Shown in pieces: positions 1 to 10,444 of a stretch of DNA of 64,000 nt (positions are counted from its first letter, which is position 1; every line of letters starts with the position of its first letter). Position numbers and translations under genes: made by a program. Origin of the DNA: Sedimentisphaerales bacterium (GTDB taxonomy: Bacteria > Planctomycetota > Phycisphaerae > Sedimentisphaerales > Anaerobacaceae); assembly GCA_040772485.1 (NCBI GenBank), contig JAXGYC010000007.1:768001-832000 (forward strand). The letters run 5' to 3'. A model generated the notes under the pieces. The model was not told the DNA's origin, searched no databases, and was given only the letters and a program-made list of their open reading frames with translations.

Positions 1-100
1 CCGGGCCTCGACATGACGGCAGGACGCGGATGTCAGTCCGGTCCTCCCGTGAATCGCCGCCCGCAATCGGATAGGGTCCGCCTCAATTCAAATCATTGAC

Positions 101-550
101 TCACTTGCCGATCAGACGATAGATCGTCGCTACGTTCCGCCCCTGATGGGCCACTCGCACCGTGGCGAGGACAAAGCCCGGCTGAGCGTCGTCGCTCTGC
201 GGGGGCACATACACGTATTCGCACCTGGCCTCGCGGCTGTAATCGGCATACATCGAATCGGTATAAGGGGTCCCACTGGCGTCCTGCACCTGCCCCTGGG
301 ATTCGACGCGGGTCCCATACACATCGACGATGTCGTCGAACGGGGTGCTCACGATCCGCTCGATCAGGTCGTTGGCCAGCCTCGTACCGAGCGTGCGGCG
401 CACGCCTTCTGCCTGGACGGTCGCGCCGCCTGCAAACGGCAACAGGACGCCGGCGGCGGCCATCCCCAACAGCACCGTCGCGAGCGTCGCCTCGGCCAGC
501 GTGAAACCCCGCCGGACCGCGAAGCCTCGTCGTTTGGGATCAATAGGCAT
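101..550 (-). CDS. Minor type IV pilin/pseudopilin (prepilin N-terminal methylation motif)
   Basis: RRG|FTLAEATLATVLLG class III signal with Glu+5 and a hydrophobic helix. Overlaps the upstream pilin stop. The cluster probably continues beyond the left edge. Confidence 0.85.
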   Translation of the reverse strand: MPIDPKRRGFAVRRGFTLAEATLATVLLGMAAAGVLLPFAGGATVQAEGVRRTLGTRLANDLIERIVSTPFDDIVDVYGTRVESQGQVQDASGTPYTDSMYADYSREARCEYVYVPPQSDDAQPGFVLATVRVAHQGRNVATIYRLIGK

Positions 551-1043
551 AGTACGCTCTTCCCGCGTCGTCCGTCCCGGAGTTGCCGGGTCGGATTTCG
601 CCCGTCTGCGCCCGGTAGATCCAGCCGTGACCGTTATCGGGCGCCTCTGGAAAGTCCTCCCCGTCAGCCAGCATCCGGACCGTGGCCCGTCCGTTCACCG
701 GATTCCTCGGCATATTCGACAGGTAAGGTCCGTATTTGTAGCCGGCGGTTCCCCGGGGGGCCGTCTGGCCCTCGGCATTGCTCGCGAGCAGCGCCTGGGC
801 AATGAAGACGTCGGCATCGACCGGCGAACCGGGACCCGCCGTATAGCCCGGCCCGATCTCCCCATGCTGGCTGGTGTACACCAGCACGAACCGCCGCAGC
901 ACGTCGAGGTTGGCTTTCAGCACGCCGGCGCGGGCCGTGGTGCCGCTGTTCGCCACAGACGGAATGACCACGGCCGCCAGGATGCCCAGCAGGACCACCA
1001 CAACCAGGATTTCCACCAGCGTAAAGGCCTTTGCTCTACACAT
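540..1043 (-). CDS. GspG/PilA-like pilin paralog
   Basis: MCRAKA|FTLVEILVVVVLLGILAAVVIP; AGGAG RBS before ATG 1043; shares YGPY..P.NP.N..GW.Y..TG with its neighbours. Confidence 0.9.
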   Translation of the reverse strand: MCRAKAFTLVEILVVVVLLGILAAVVIPSVANSGTTARAGVLKANLDVLRRFVLVYTSQHGEIGPGYTAGPGSPVDADVFIAQALLASNAEGQTAPRGTAGYKYGPYLSNMPRNPVNGRATVRMLADGEDFPEAPDNGHGWIYRAQTGEIRPGNSGTDDAGRAYYAY

Positions 1044-1134
1044 GGTTCTCCTTCTGATTCTCACGGCACCCGCCGTATATGGGCAAACCGAACGGACGCC
1101 AGGTCCTTCGGATGCTTTTCTTCGTTTCGGCCCA

Positions 1135-1743
1135 TCACAATCCCGCATGATGGACGCTGTCATTGGCAAAGATCTCGCCGGTCTCGGGCACATAAGCCCA
1201 GCCGGCGTCTCCCGGAACGGGAACGTCGTTCCGGTCACGCACCACAACGATGGCCCCGCTGCCGTTGAACGGATTGGCGGGAACCTCTTCGAGATACGGA
1301 CCATAGCAGAACACCTCGTCCCGCCGGGTCCTCGGCCGGTCCGGTTTGACGTTCCCGTCGGCGTCGGTGCAGTAGAGCATCTGATCGAATCGGCCATCGG
1401 CCGCGATCGTGCCATCGGCCGCCCGCATCGGGGGATTGTCGCTGTGCTGCACCTTGTACAGTTCGATCTGCGAGCGGAGCAACTGAAGGTTGTTGCACAG
1501 CTCGTCCATCCGGTTCTCCGCGATCCCCGCGCCGCTGAACCGGGGCGCTACGACGGCCGCCACCACCGCCAGCACCATCACCACGATCGTCGCCTGGACC
1601 AGCGCGAAAGCCCTTCGGCGAGCCGTCCCGTCCCTCAGCGGGCGACGGGCAGAAGGTCGCGCCGCCGTGCCGGTCGAGACGGCGCCGACAGCCGGCGCGA
1701 CGTTGATCGCCTGAGCTGCGGCAAATCCATTGTGTTTCGTCAT
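1135..1743 (-). CDS. GspG/PilA-like pilin paralog with long leader and atypical processing motif
   Basis: RRRA|FALVQATIVVMVL, then LRSQIELYKVQH...YGPYLEEVPANPFN...GWAY; GGAG RBS before ATG 1743. Confidence 0.8.
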   Translation of the reverse strand: MTKHNGFAAAQAINVAPAVGAVSTGTAARPSARRPLRDGTARRRAFALVQATIVVMVLAVVAAVVAPRFSGAGIAENRMDELCNNLQLLRSQIELYKVQHSDNPPMRAADGTIAADGRFDQMLYCTDADGNVKPDRPRTRRDEVFCYGPYLEEVPANPFNGSGAIVVVRDRNDVPVPGDAGWAYVPETGEIFANDSVHHAGL

Positions 1744-1826
1744 TCCCTCTCCTCCGTTGGCATTGCAGGATGAGCGTTTGCCCATCGCCCCGGCGTCAGA
1801 GCGCCGAGGACCTGCTTGGTCGTGAT

Positions 1827-1871
1827 AAAAAAAAGGCCGGCCGACTCCAGGAGAGCGGGCCGGCCGGCTTT
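1827..1871 (-). terminator. Intrinsic terminator after the major pilin gene
   Basis: Minus strand GCCGGCCGGCCC-GCTCTCCT-GGAGTCGGCCGGCC followed by an 8-T run, just past the stop at 1884. Confidence 0.85.
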
Positions 1872-1883
1872 AAGTGTCGGGTC

Positions 1884-2387
1884 TTACGGAGCAGCAGGCT
1901 CAAGCGCATCGCCAGCCTGAAGCGACGCCAGCACAGCGGCATCAGCCGTCGCGTCGAGGTCGCTGACGTCCAGATACATGGCGCCGGTGGCCTCAATGTA
2001 GATCCAGCCATTGCCCGCCGCCGCGGTCGTCGCAACGTCTCTGGAGTTGTTCCAGGGATTCACGGGAATGATCTGCATGTACGGACCATATGGATCTACC
2101 GCCTTGTCGCGTGCGGCTACATCCACATATCCCCCCGTGGTGGTGGTGGCATGCGAACACATCGTCATCGCATCTTCAAAGTCAGCCTCCAAAGGCACAT
2201 TGTCATTGTGCTGAATCCTGTACAGCTCGATCTGCGACCGCAGGCTCTGCAAGCTGCTCAGCGAGCTGCTGACCTTCGCCTCGGTGCTGGCCTGGGTGAA
2301 CTGAGGAACCACGATCGCGGCCAGAATGCCCAGAATGACCACGACGATCAGGATTTCCACCAACGTAAAGCCTCTTTTTGCCTTCAT
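1884..2387 (-). CDS. Probable major type IV pilin / GspG-like pseudopilin
   Basis: MKAKRG|FTLVEILIVVVILGILAAIVVPQF canonical motif; strong GAGGAGG RBS; own terminator. Confidence 0.92.
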   Translation of the reverse strand: MKAKRGFTLVEILIVVVILGILAAIVVPQFTQASTEAKVSSSLSSLQSLRSQIELYRIQHNDNVPLEADFEDAMTMCSHATTTTGGYVDVAARDKAVDPYGPYMQIIPVNPWNNSRDVATTAAAGNGWIYIEATGAMYLDVSDLDATADAAVLASLQAGDALEPAAP

Positions 2388-2766
2388 GTTATTGTCCTCC
2401 TCGTTGTGCGTAAGAAAAAGAAACATGGAAAACGATTGGTTGTTTCGACGTTGTTCGTCGCTTGTTCCGTGAACCTTATCGACAGGATCGCAAGGTCACT
2501 TGATTCACCGCTCTTCTCTTGAGCCGCAGACCCTTTCAAAAAGCATGACCGTGTGAATGCCGCCTTCCTCTACGTCCAACATGAATTTCGTTCCCTTATG
2601 GATTCCGGAGCCTTTAACTTTGCCGCCCAAACCAAGTCGGGCAGCGTTATCTGCGGCTCCTCTCAGTCCATCCAAACCATAGAAAACGCGGCACGCGCGC
2701 CAAAACGCGGAGAAGAGAAAAATCGCGTAAAAAAGGAATGGGGGATCGGGGGATGAATCGGGGCGT

Positions 2767-3219
2767 CTATTCCGGGACCTTGACGTGCGGCGGCAGGTCG
2801 GCGATCCGGATGGTGCGGGCGCGCGGTCCGGCGTGCGCCAGGGTGATGCGCATAGGGTTTGTAGCGGCAATCGCCGGCTCGACCCGGTCAGCCCATTCAA
2901 TCAGCACGACCGATTCCGGATAGCACAGATCGTCGAAACCCAGCATCTCGAACTCGGCGATCGAGTCCAGGCGATACGCGTCGATGTGATAGAGGTCCAG
3001 GCGGCCGGCATAGTGGTTGACCAGGACGAACGTCGGGCTGTTCACCTCTCGGCGGTCGGCGGCGCCGGCGCCCTCGGCAATGCCCTTGATCAGATGGGTC
3101 TTGCCGCTGCCGAGCGGACCGACGATCGCGATCACCTCGCCTCCCGCGAGCTGGCGACCCAAGGCCCGGCCCAGCGCGATCGTCTGTTCCGGCGAATGGG
3201 ATGTGATGGTGATTTCCAC
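2767..3219 (-). CDS. tsaE: tRNA threonylcarbamoyladenosine biosynthesis ATPase TsaE
   Basis: GPLGSGKT Walker A, VNSPTF, YHIDAYRL and LIEWA motifs; 150 aa. Confidence 0.96.
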   Translation of the reverse strand: MEITITSHSPEQTIALGRALGRQLAGGEVIAIVGPLGSGKTHLIKGIAEGAGAADRREVNSPTFVLVNHYAGRLDLYHIDAYRLDSIAEFEMLGFDDLCYPESVVLIEWADRVEPAIAATNPMRITLAHAGPRARTIRIADLPPHVKVPE

Positions 3220-3317
3220 GGTGTTTCACCTGACAGGAGTCAAATCCGGCCGACGGAAACTTCGGCACTATTCTACAAACATCCTCCACGTCGGAGGCTT
3301 GGCATGCGCTTGCCTCT

Positions 3318-3686
3318 TGCCATTTCCACCGGAGCGGCTCTCCTTCTGTCATTTCGACCGGAGCGCCCCTCCTTTTGTCATTTCGACCGGAGCGAAGCGC
3401 AGCGGAGAAATCCGGCCACAAACCAGATGCGCGCCTCGTCCATAGCCAGACCCCTCGACAGCGCTCGGGGTGACAAATGAGCGTGCCCACGCGATCCCAA
3501 ACGGCGGCGGTATCACGACGTTGTCATTTCGACCGCAGCGGCTCTCCTTTTGTCATTTCGACCAAAGCGCAGCGCAGTGGAGAAATCCGGCCACAAACCA
3601 AGCCCGTGCACAGTCTCTGGCCAGATCCCGTCGGCAAGCTCAGGGCAGGGCCTTCGACGGCGCTACGCTCCGCTCAGCATGACAAA
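3318..3686. repeat. Two tandem REP/MITE-like palindromic units with 29-bp subrepeats
   Basis: TGTCATTTCGACC at 3347, 3376, 3522 and 3551 (degenerate copy at 3318). GGAGAAATCCGGCCACAAACCA occurs twice. Each unit closes with TGACAAA (3471, 3680), complementary to TTTGTCA. Confidence 0.85.
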
Positions 3687-3754
3687 CACACGCAGGCCAT
3701 CATGCATTGCACTCCGTATGCGGAACAGGCCATACCCACCATCATGATAACACA

Positions 3755-5443
3755 CTACTTGCCCAGTTGCGCGGGATAGTAATACCCCATCGTCTGGGCC
3801 ACCACACCCAGGCGATACTGATGATCGGTCAGCAGAGAGAGACGCCTCTCGTGCGTCGGGATCGTCGTCGTGTAGATGCGCAGCTCGCCCGGAACGCTCG
3901 TGACAACCTCTTCGCGGTGGTCGCCCAGGCAGTCCATCACGACGATCACGCGGCCCTCGATCGGCTGGATAGTGGGACCGTTCCACTTCTGGATCGAGCG
4001 GCCGAAGATGACCTCCTTCTGCGGATCGGCGTCCCACCACAGCGGCCGGGGTGTCAGGGGCCGCTCTCCGTTGGCTTCGATCAACTCGCCCGAGGCGCTG
4101 TAGAGCCAGCGCTTCGGATAGTCGCGTTCCCCCGCCAGCACCTCCATGCCGGGATGCTCGGCGAGCACGTCGCCGGCCATGCCCTGGCCGTGCAGATGGA
4201 ACGTCGGCTCCTTGTGCGTCCAGAGCTTGCGCCCGGTCCGCGCGTCCACCACGCACATCCCGTCGGTCTGCTGACGCGACTCAAACCCATAGAAGATCTC
4301 CAGGCCGGGATTGGACGGATCGACGTCCGCGACGTAACAGACGTCCGGATGGCCCATGGCGAGCGACCAGAGGCCCTTGCCGTTGTCGTCGAGGACGGCG
4401 GCGCCGAGGACCAGCTCATCGCGACCATCCCGATCCACGTCGGCCGTGATCAGGCCGTGCGAACCCTGCCCTCCGTACTTCGTCTGCTCCTGCGTCGAGT
4501 CCCAATACCAGAGCCGGCGGAGGTCCTTGTCGAGGGCCTGAACCTTGATCAGGTTGTACGTGCCCCGCTGCATGACCAGCGAGGCCGTCTTGCCGTCGAA
4601 ATACGCGACGGCCAGGAAATTGCGGCAGTAATAGTTGTAGTCGGGGAACCCGTCCCGGCTGAGCCAGTCGGTCCGCGCCACGATGCGTCCGGTCTGGCCA
4701 TCGAGCTTGATCAGGTATTCGGGACCGGTCTGCACGAGGCCCTTCTCGTCGCGCGGGTCGCCTTCGCCCGCCCTGCAGTAGACCTCCGCCTTGCCGTCAC
4801 CATCCACGTCGTAAACCACCCACGGCGAGTACCAGATGCCCGCCTCGATCGACCAGCCCATGTCGTGGCGCCACAGGAGCGTGCCGTCCTGACGGTAGGC
4901 CTCGATCTTGTAGGTGGTGGTGCTCGGCTTCCAGTAGCCCGGCCGCTGATAGGGGTCGGTGTTGAAATTCGGCTGCTTGATGACGAATTCGAGCGAGCTG
5001 TCCCCATCGAGGTCGCCGATGCCCACCTTCTGGAAGTCGTGGTCGCCCGCCAGCGGAATGCGGATGCAGGGCGGCGCATCCTTCCGGATCGTGACGTTGG
5101 CGGTTTCCTTGACAGGCGTGCCTTCCTGCGCGTGTACGCGAAGCTCGTAGCGCCGCTCGGACGCCGCCGGACCCCACGGGCTTGTGTCGACGAAATTCGT
5201 CAATCGCTGCGGCGTCTCAGCAAGCCGGACCTCGGACGACGAGCCGTCCTGGCGAGCGAGCGAGAAGCAGGTCTCTTCGGTATCCGCCGCCAGCAGTCGC
5301 CAACTGAGAAAGACCGATCCATCTTCGCGCGGCACGGCGACCAGCCCTCGATCCAGACGCTCGGCCCCGCCGCAAACGAGACAGAACAGCAGAACGATCA
5401 GCGCCACGACAACCGCTCGATATATCTCTCGTGCGTGCTTCAT
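3755..5443 (-). CDS. Secreted rhamnogalacturonan lyase-like protein (PL11, YesW/YesX-like)
   Basis: Signal peptide, ERLDRGLVAV..VFLSWRLL, GDLDGD, YDVDGDGKAEV, GQGSHGL..ADVDRDGRDE and GH.D motifs. Confidence 0.85.
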   Translation of the reverse strand: MKHAREIYRAVVVALIVLLFCLVCGGAERLDRGLVAVPREDGSVFLSWRLLAADTEETCFSLARQDGSSSEVRLAETPQRLTNFVDTSPWGPAASERRYELRVHAQEGTPVKETANVTIRKDAPPCIRIPLAGDHDFQKVGIGDLDGDSSLEFVIKQPNFNTDPYQRPGYWKPSTTTYKIEAYRQDGTLLWRHDMGWSIEAGIWYSPWVVYDVDGDGKAEVYCRAGEGDPRDEKGLVQTGPEYLIKLDGQTGRIVARTDWLSRDGFPDYNYYCRNFLAVAYFDGKTASLVMQRGTYNLIKVQALDKDLRRLWYWDSTQEQTKYGGQGSHGLITADVDRDGRDELVLGAAVLDDNGKGLWSLAMGHPDVCYVADVDPSNPGLEIFYGFESRQQTDGMCVVDARTGRKLWTHKEPTFHLHGQGMAGDVLAEHPGMEVLAGERDYPKRWLYSASGELIEANGERPLTPRPLWWDADPQKEVIFGRSIQKWNGPTIQPIEGRVIVVMDCLGDHREEVVTSVPGELRIYTTTIPTHERRLSLLTDHQYRLGVVAQTMGYYYPAQLGK

Positions 5444-5466
5444 GTCGGTCTCTCCATTCTACGCCC

Positions 5467-6396
5467 TCATTCGGGCCCGCTCAAATGGTCGTATCCGCCG
5501 GGCAGCAGCTCAACGATCTGCCCATCCGGCATGCGAAGCTGCATCCGGCTGCCTTCGACGATCCGCCCGATTTGCGCAATCGGCGTCGGGTCGTCCCACG
5601 TCTGCAACAACCGCGTGCAATCGTCGGGCGTCAAAGTAAACAGCAGTTCGAAATCCTCTCCATCGTGCAGCGCCGCGGCGAGCGGATCGGCCAGCGTTCT
5701 GGCATCGTCCGAAATCGGAATGCTCGCCGCGTCGAGGATCGCGCCGACGCCGCTCTGCTCGCATATCCGATTGAGGTCCGTGCTCAGGCCGTCGCTGATG
5801 TCCATCATCGAGTGCAGTGTCACCGTCTGCGCCATCCGCAGGGCCTCGCGAATCCGAGGCTCAAACTCCAGGTGCTTTCGCACCAGCGAGCCGCCGAGCG
5901 AGCCGGTCACGCAGACGGCATCGCCGACCTCGGCTCCGTTTCGCCGCACCGGTGGGTTCGTCGACCGCCGGCTGAGCATGGTGACATTCACCGCGAACGG
6001 ATGCTCCTGCCGCCACGACGTGATGTCCCCTCCGATGAGCGGACAGTCGTATTTCTCGGCCGCCTGCGTGATCCCGGCGTGGAGTTCCTTGAGCCGGCGC
6101 GCCCCGAATCCGGGCGGCAGCGCCACCGCCACGACCGCCGCCAGCGGCACGGTCGCCATCGCGGCGCAGTCGCTCAGACTGGCGGCCATGGCCTTGTAGC
6201 CGACCTGTTCGAGCGTCGCGGTCTTCAGATCGAAATGCGAGCCGTCGAGGAGCATGTCAGTGGTGATCAGGACGGAGGCGGCGTCGTTGAGGCGCACCTC
6301 CGCCATGTCGTCCCCGATGCCGATGGGAAACGCGGCCGGATCGATGCGGCTCTGCTGCCGGAACCACGCCGTGATGTCGTCTTCGTGGGGTCTCAT
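5467..6396 (-). CDS. thiL: Thiamine-monophosphate kinase
   Basis: [46 protein letters not shown]. Confidence 0.96.
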   Translation of the reverse strand: MRPHEDDITAWFRQQSRIDPAAFPIGIGDDMAEVRLNDAASVLITTDMLLDGSHFDLKTATLEQVGYKAMAASLSDCAAMATVPLAAVVAVALPPGFGARRLKELHAGITQAAEKYDCPLIGGDITSWRQEHPFAVNVTMLSRRSTNPPVRRNGAEVGDAVCVTGSLGGSLVRKHLEFEPRIREALRMAQTVTLHSMMDISDGLSTDLNRICEQSGVGAILDAASIPISDDARTLADPLAAALHDGEDFELLFTLTPDDCTRLLQTWDDPTPIAQIGRIVEGSRMQLRMPDGQIVELLPGGYDHLSGPE

Positions 6397-7781
6397 CGCT
6401 CGGCGAGATGCTTTTTCCAGTAGGCGACGCGGTCCTTGACCTGCTCGGGCCCGGCGGCGCCGGCCGATGCGTAACGCTCGACCACGTGACGCGCCCCGAG
6501 ATAATCATATACGTCCGTGTCGATCTGCGGGCAGTGCTCCCGGAACGTTTCCAGCGGCACGTCCGACAACGGCCGGCCTTCCTTCTCGCACAGCGACACG
6601 AGCGACCCGACGATGCCGTGCGCCTGGCGGAACGGAACGCCCTTGCCCACCAGGTATTCCGCCAGCGCCGTGGCGTCGAGGAAGCCGGCGTCCAGACCCG
6701 ATGCGATCCTGGCGGTCTTGAATTGCGTGTGCGCCACCACGGCGCGGGCCATCTCCAGCGAAGCGCGGACCGTGTCGGCGGCGGCGAACAGGTGGATCTT
6801 GTCCTCCTGGAGATCACGGTTGTAGCCCGACGGCTGGCCTTTGAGGATCGTGAGCATGCCGACGAGCGCGCCGTACAGCGAGCCGGTCTTGCCTCGCATC
6901 AGTTCGAGCACGTCGGGATTGCGCTTCTGCGGCATCATGCTCGACGATGTACAGAAGGCGTCGTCGATCCGGATGAAATCGAATTCGTTCGAGGAGAACA
7001 GGATCCAATCCTCCGCGAAACGCGACAGGTGCGCACCGATCAGGGCGCAATCGAAGATGAACTCGGCGCAGAAGTCGCGGTCGCTGATCCCGTCGATGCT
7101 GCTGTACGCGATGTCGGCGAAACCCAACTGCCTGGCGGTGCTGACCCGGTCGATGGCCAGCGTCGAGCCGGCGATGGCCCCGCTGCCGAGCGGCGAGACG
7201 TTCAGCAGGTTGCGGCAGTTGGTCAGGCGAGTGAAATCCCGTTCGAGCTGCTCGACGAAACTGAGCAGATAGGCGCCGATGACGATGGGCTGGGCCCGTT
7301 GCAGGTGGGTGTAGGCGGGCATCAGGTCGTTGTCGTGCTTGGCGGCCAGTTGGACGAACGCCTGCTGAAGCTGCACGATCGCGGCCTGCTGGCCCTCGAT
7401 CTCGTCGCGCAGCCACAATCGGACGTCGGTGGCCACCTGATCGTTGCGGCTGCGAGCGGTGTGGAGCTTCTTGCCCGGCTCACCGATTCGCTCGATCAGG
7501 GCAGCCTCGATCGCCATGTGGATGTCTTCGGTGGCCTTGTCGAACCGGAATCGCCCCGCTTCGATCTCTTCGCTGATCTCGATCAGGCCGCTCTTGATGG
7601 CCTTCAGTTCGATCGGTGTGATCAGCTTTCGCTCGGCCAGCATCGTGGCGTGCGCGATGGACCCGACGATGTCGTACTTGTAGAGCCGCGTGTCGTACGA
7701 CAGCGACTCGACGTAGTTGACCGTCAGTTCATCCGGTTTGGCAGCCAGCCGTTTTTCCCAGCTTCGTTGCTTGTCTGTCAT
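6393..7781 (-). CDS. argH: Argininosuccinate lyase
   Basis: [44 protein letters not shown] overlap with thiL. Confidence 0.97.
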   Translation of the reverse strand: MTDKQRSWEKRLAAKPDELTVNYVESLSYDTRLYKYDIVGSIAHATMLAERKLITPIELKAIKSGLIEISEEIEAGRFRFDKATEDIHMAIEAALIERIGEPGKKLHTARSRNDQVATDVRLWLRDEIEGQQAAIVQLQQAFVQLAAKHDNDLMPAYTHLQRAQPIVIGAYLLSFVEQLERDFTRLTNCRNLLNVSPLGSGAIAGSTLAIDRVSTARQLGFADIAYSSIDGISDRDFCAEFIFDCALIGAHLSRFAEDWILFSSNEFDFIRIDDAFCTSSSMMPQKRNPDVLELMRGKTGSLYGALVGMLTILKGQPSGYNRDLQEDKIHLFAAADTVRASLEMARAVVAHTQFKTARIASGLDAGFLDATALAEYLVGKGVPFRQAHGIVGSLVSLCEKEGRPLSDVPLETFREHCPQIDTDVYDYLGARHVVERYASAGAAGPEQVKDRVAYWKKHLAER

Positions 7782-7821
7782 GGTAACCACTCCAGCACGA
7801 GAGGTCTTTCCTGGTACGGCG

Positions 7822-9024
7822 TCATTCGCCCTCTGCGCCGAGACGCTCGACCATTCTCCGACCCAACTCGTGACATTGTTCGATTTGTTCGGCCGTTCCT
7901 GCGAATCGGACGTCCACCGTCGGCTCGACCAGTTCGAGCCCGTTGTCCTTGACGAAACCGGCCATCGCCTGGACCGCGCCGCCGGCCCATCCGTGACTGC
8001 CGAACAGACCGACGATGCGTTTGGCGATCCGCTTGGTGCTCAGCAGCCTGAGCAACGCATCCATCGGCGGAAAGACGCTCGCATCGTACGTCGGACAGCC
8101 GAGGACCAGACCTCGATAACGCCAGATGTCCTGGATGAGGTAGGAAACGTGGGTCGTCGAGACGTTGTGCATCCGGACCGACTTGAGTCCCGCGTCGGAC
8201 AGGCCGCGGGCCACTGCCTCGGCCATGATCTGCGTGTTGCCGTACATTGACCCGAAAACCAGCACGACGCCCGGCTCGGCTTCGTAGCGGCTCCAACGGT
8301 CGTAGAGGCTGATGATGTGCTCCGGCCGGCTCCGCCAGATCGGGCCGTGTGTAGCCGCAACCACCTTCACGTTGAGACTGCCCAGCCTTTGGATGGCCTT
8401 CTGCACCATGGGCGAGTATTTGCCGACGATGTTCGAGAAGTAACGGAGGATCTCGTCCTCGAAGTACTCCACGTGAACCTGGTCGTCGAAGATGCCGCCC
8501 TCCAGACATCCGAACCCGCCGAAGGCGTCTCCCGAGAACAGAATCCCGTCGGTGGCCTCGTAGGTCATCATGGTCTCAGGCCAGTGCACCATGGGCGTCA
8601 TGTAGAACCGCAGCTTGCGCCGCCCCAGGCTCAGCTCGTCGCCGTCGTTGACAACCTGAACGTTATCCGCAATCCCGTAGAGGTCCTTGAGGAACTCGGC
8701 CGTCTTCTTGCTGCCGACGATTCTCATGGCCGGGAAGATCCGCCGCAGCACAGGCACGCTGCCGGAGTGATCGGGTTCCATGTGGTTGATCGCGAGATAG
8801 TCGATCTGACGGTCGGGGCCCAGGAGACTCTTCAGTCGCGCCAGGTACTCGTTCACCGAGAGGTCTTTGACCGTGTCGACCAGCAGGGTCTTCTGATCGA
8901 TCAGAAGATAGGAGTTGTACGAGACCCCCCGCGGGATGGGCCAGATCGACTCGAACAGATTCGTCTTCCGGTCATTCATGCCGACCCAGTAGACGCCATC
9001 CGCGATGGGAATTCCGTGTCGCAC
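7822..9024 (-). CDS. fprA: Flavodiiron protein (FprA, A-type flavoprotein)
   Basis: GVSYNSYL, NHMEPDHSG, PMVHWPE, SGDAFG diiron motifs plus flavodoxin SMYGNT; GTG start after AGGAGG. Confidence 0.93.
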   Translation of the reverse strand: MRHGIPIADGVYWVGMNDRKTNLFESIWPIPRGVSYNSYLLIDQKTLLVDTVKDLSVNEYLARLKSLLGPDRQIDYLAINHMEPDHSGSVPVLRRIFPAMRIVGSKKTAEFLKDLYGIADNVQVVNDGDELSLGRRKLRFYMTPMVHWPETMMTYEATDGILFSGDAFGGFGCLEGGIFDDQVHVEYFEDEILRYFSNIVGKYSPMVQKAIQRLGSLNVKVVAATHGPIWRSRPEHIISLYDRWSRYEAEPGVVLVFGSMYGNTQIMAEAVARGLSDAGLKSVRMHNVSTTHVSYLIQDIWRYRGLVLGCPTYDASVFPPMDALLRLLSTKRIAKRIVGLFGSHGWAGGAVQAMAGFVKDNGLELVEPTVDVRFAGTAEQIEQCHELGRRMVERLGAEGE

Positions 9025-9277
9025 CGCATTGCCTCCTGTCTGAAAATGCGGATTTGCTGTCGTCGTCGCGCGGCGCGTGTACACGCGCGCCACAGCCGGA
9101 CTCTGCGAGCGTCACGATAGCGGAAACAAGAGACAGGGTCAAACAAAACCGCCCTCCGGCGAAGCCGGCGGCCGGTACGGGGTTGCGGGACGGCGGCCTT
9201 GACCGTATCCTGGCGGTTTGCTCGCGCCGCTGCGGGTCGAAATCATGTAGGCAAGAGAGAATATGGATGAGGCAATC

Positions 9278-10441
9278 ATGGCATCACTTCTGATAAGAAA
9301 CTGCAGGCGATACGATGCCCCCCCCACCGATGGGCACAGCAATGTGCTCGTACAGGACGGCTGCATCACCTGGATCGGCGCCGGCCAGCCCCCTGTGGCG
9401 CCCGAGCAGGTGCTCGACGCCGGTGGCCGGCTCCTGGCGCCGGGATTCATCGACGTACACATTCAGGGCGCCGGCGGCGCCGACGTCCTGGACGCCACGC
9501 CGGCGGCGCTGGCGGCGATCGCCAAGGCGTGTGCCCGCTCCGGCGTCACCTCCTACCTGGCGACGACGGTCTACAAGATCGGTCAGGAGAATCGGCATCT
9601 GGAAGTCGCCTCCGAATGCATCGGCCGCGACCTCGGGGGCGCCCGCCTGCTCGGCATCCACCTTGAGGGCCCCTTCATCTCTCTGCGCAAGCGGGGCATG
9701 ATCCAACCCGATTGCCTGATGGACCCGAGCCCCTTGGCCCTGGAGGCGATTCTGGCCAGGACCGGCGACGGCCTTGCCATGATGACGATCGCCCCGGAAC
9801 TGCCCGGAGGACTGGAGGTGGTCAGGACCCTGGCGGATCGCGGCATCGTCGCTTCGCTGGGTCACACTCACGCGACCTACGACGAGGCGCTTGCCGGGTT
9901 CGACGCAGGAATCAACCATGTGACCCATCTGTTCAATGCGATGCCCTCTCTGCATCACCGGGACCCCGGCCCTCTGGGGGCGATCTTCGAGCGCGCGGAC
10001 GTGACGGTTCAGGCGATCACCGACGGCGTGCACATCCATCCCTCGGTCCTGCGGCTGGCCTTTGAGGCCCTGGGCCCGAGTCGATTCGTCACCATCACGG
10101 ACGGCATGCAGGCGCTGGGCCTGCCCGATGGGCGATACATCTACAACGGGATTCCGTACGAAACCCGAAACGGGGCGGCCCGATACAAAGACGGCACGCT
10201 TATTGGAACCGCCGTGGGCCTCAATCAGATGCTGGCTCGCCTGGGGGCTTTCACCGGGTGTTCGGTGGCGACGGCGATCCGCACGGTGACGGAGAACGCC
10301 GCATCTGTCCTGGGACTTGCCAAGACGGCCGGATCGATCCAGACGGGATATGATGCGGACCTGGTGCTCCTCGACGAGGACCTGTCGGTCTGGGCGACGC
10401 TCGTGGGCGGTCGGATCGTCTATCAGCGGAACGGCGATTGA
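9278..10441 (+). CDS. nagA: N-acetylglucosamine-6-phosphate deacetylase
   Basis: PGFIDVHIQG, GIHLEGPF, GHT, THLFNAM, DGVHIHP; alternative start 9263. Confidence 0.93.
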   Translation: MASLLIRNCRRYDAPPTDGHSNVLVQDGCITWIGAGQPPVAPEQVLDAGGRLLAPGFIDVHIQGAGGADVLDATPAALAAIAKACARSGVTSYLATTVYKIGQENRHLEVASECIGRDLGGARLLGIHLEGPFISLRKRGMIQPDCLMDPSPLALEAILARTGDGLAMMTIAPELPGGLEVVRTLADRGIVASLGHTHATYDEALAGFDAGINHVTHLFNAMPSLHHRDPGPLGAIFERADVTVQAITDGVHIHPSVLRLAFEALGPSRFVTITDGMQALGLPDGRYIYNGIPYETRNGAARYKDGTLIGTAVGLNQMLARLGAFTGCSVATAIRTVTENAASVLGLAKTAGSIQTGYDADLVLLDEDLSVWATLVGGRIVYQRNGD

Positions 10442-10444
10442 GCA

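Noticed and set aside
1081..1110. GGGCAAACC..GGACGC resembling a c-di-GMP-I riboswitch
   Set aside because: It is on the strand opposite the pilin genes, and it lacks the GNRA-capped stem and the second stem.
2686..2704. Sigma54-like TGGCGC-N5-CCGC upstream of the major pilin
   Set aside because: The GG/GC spacing fits, but the other positions are poor and such matches are common at this GC content; not supportable without a TSS.
3318..3686. CRISPR array
   Set aside because: The 29-bp period leaves no unique spacers, the units are palindromic and diverged, and there are no cas genes in the window.
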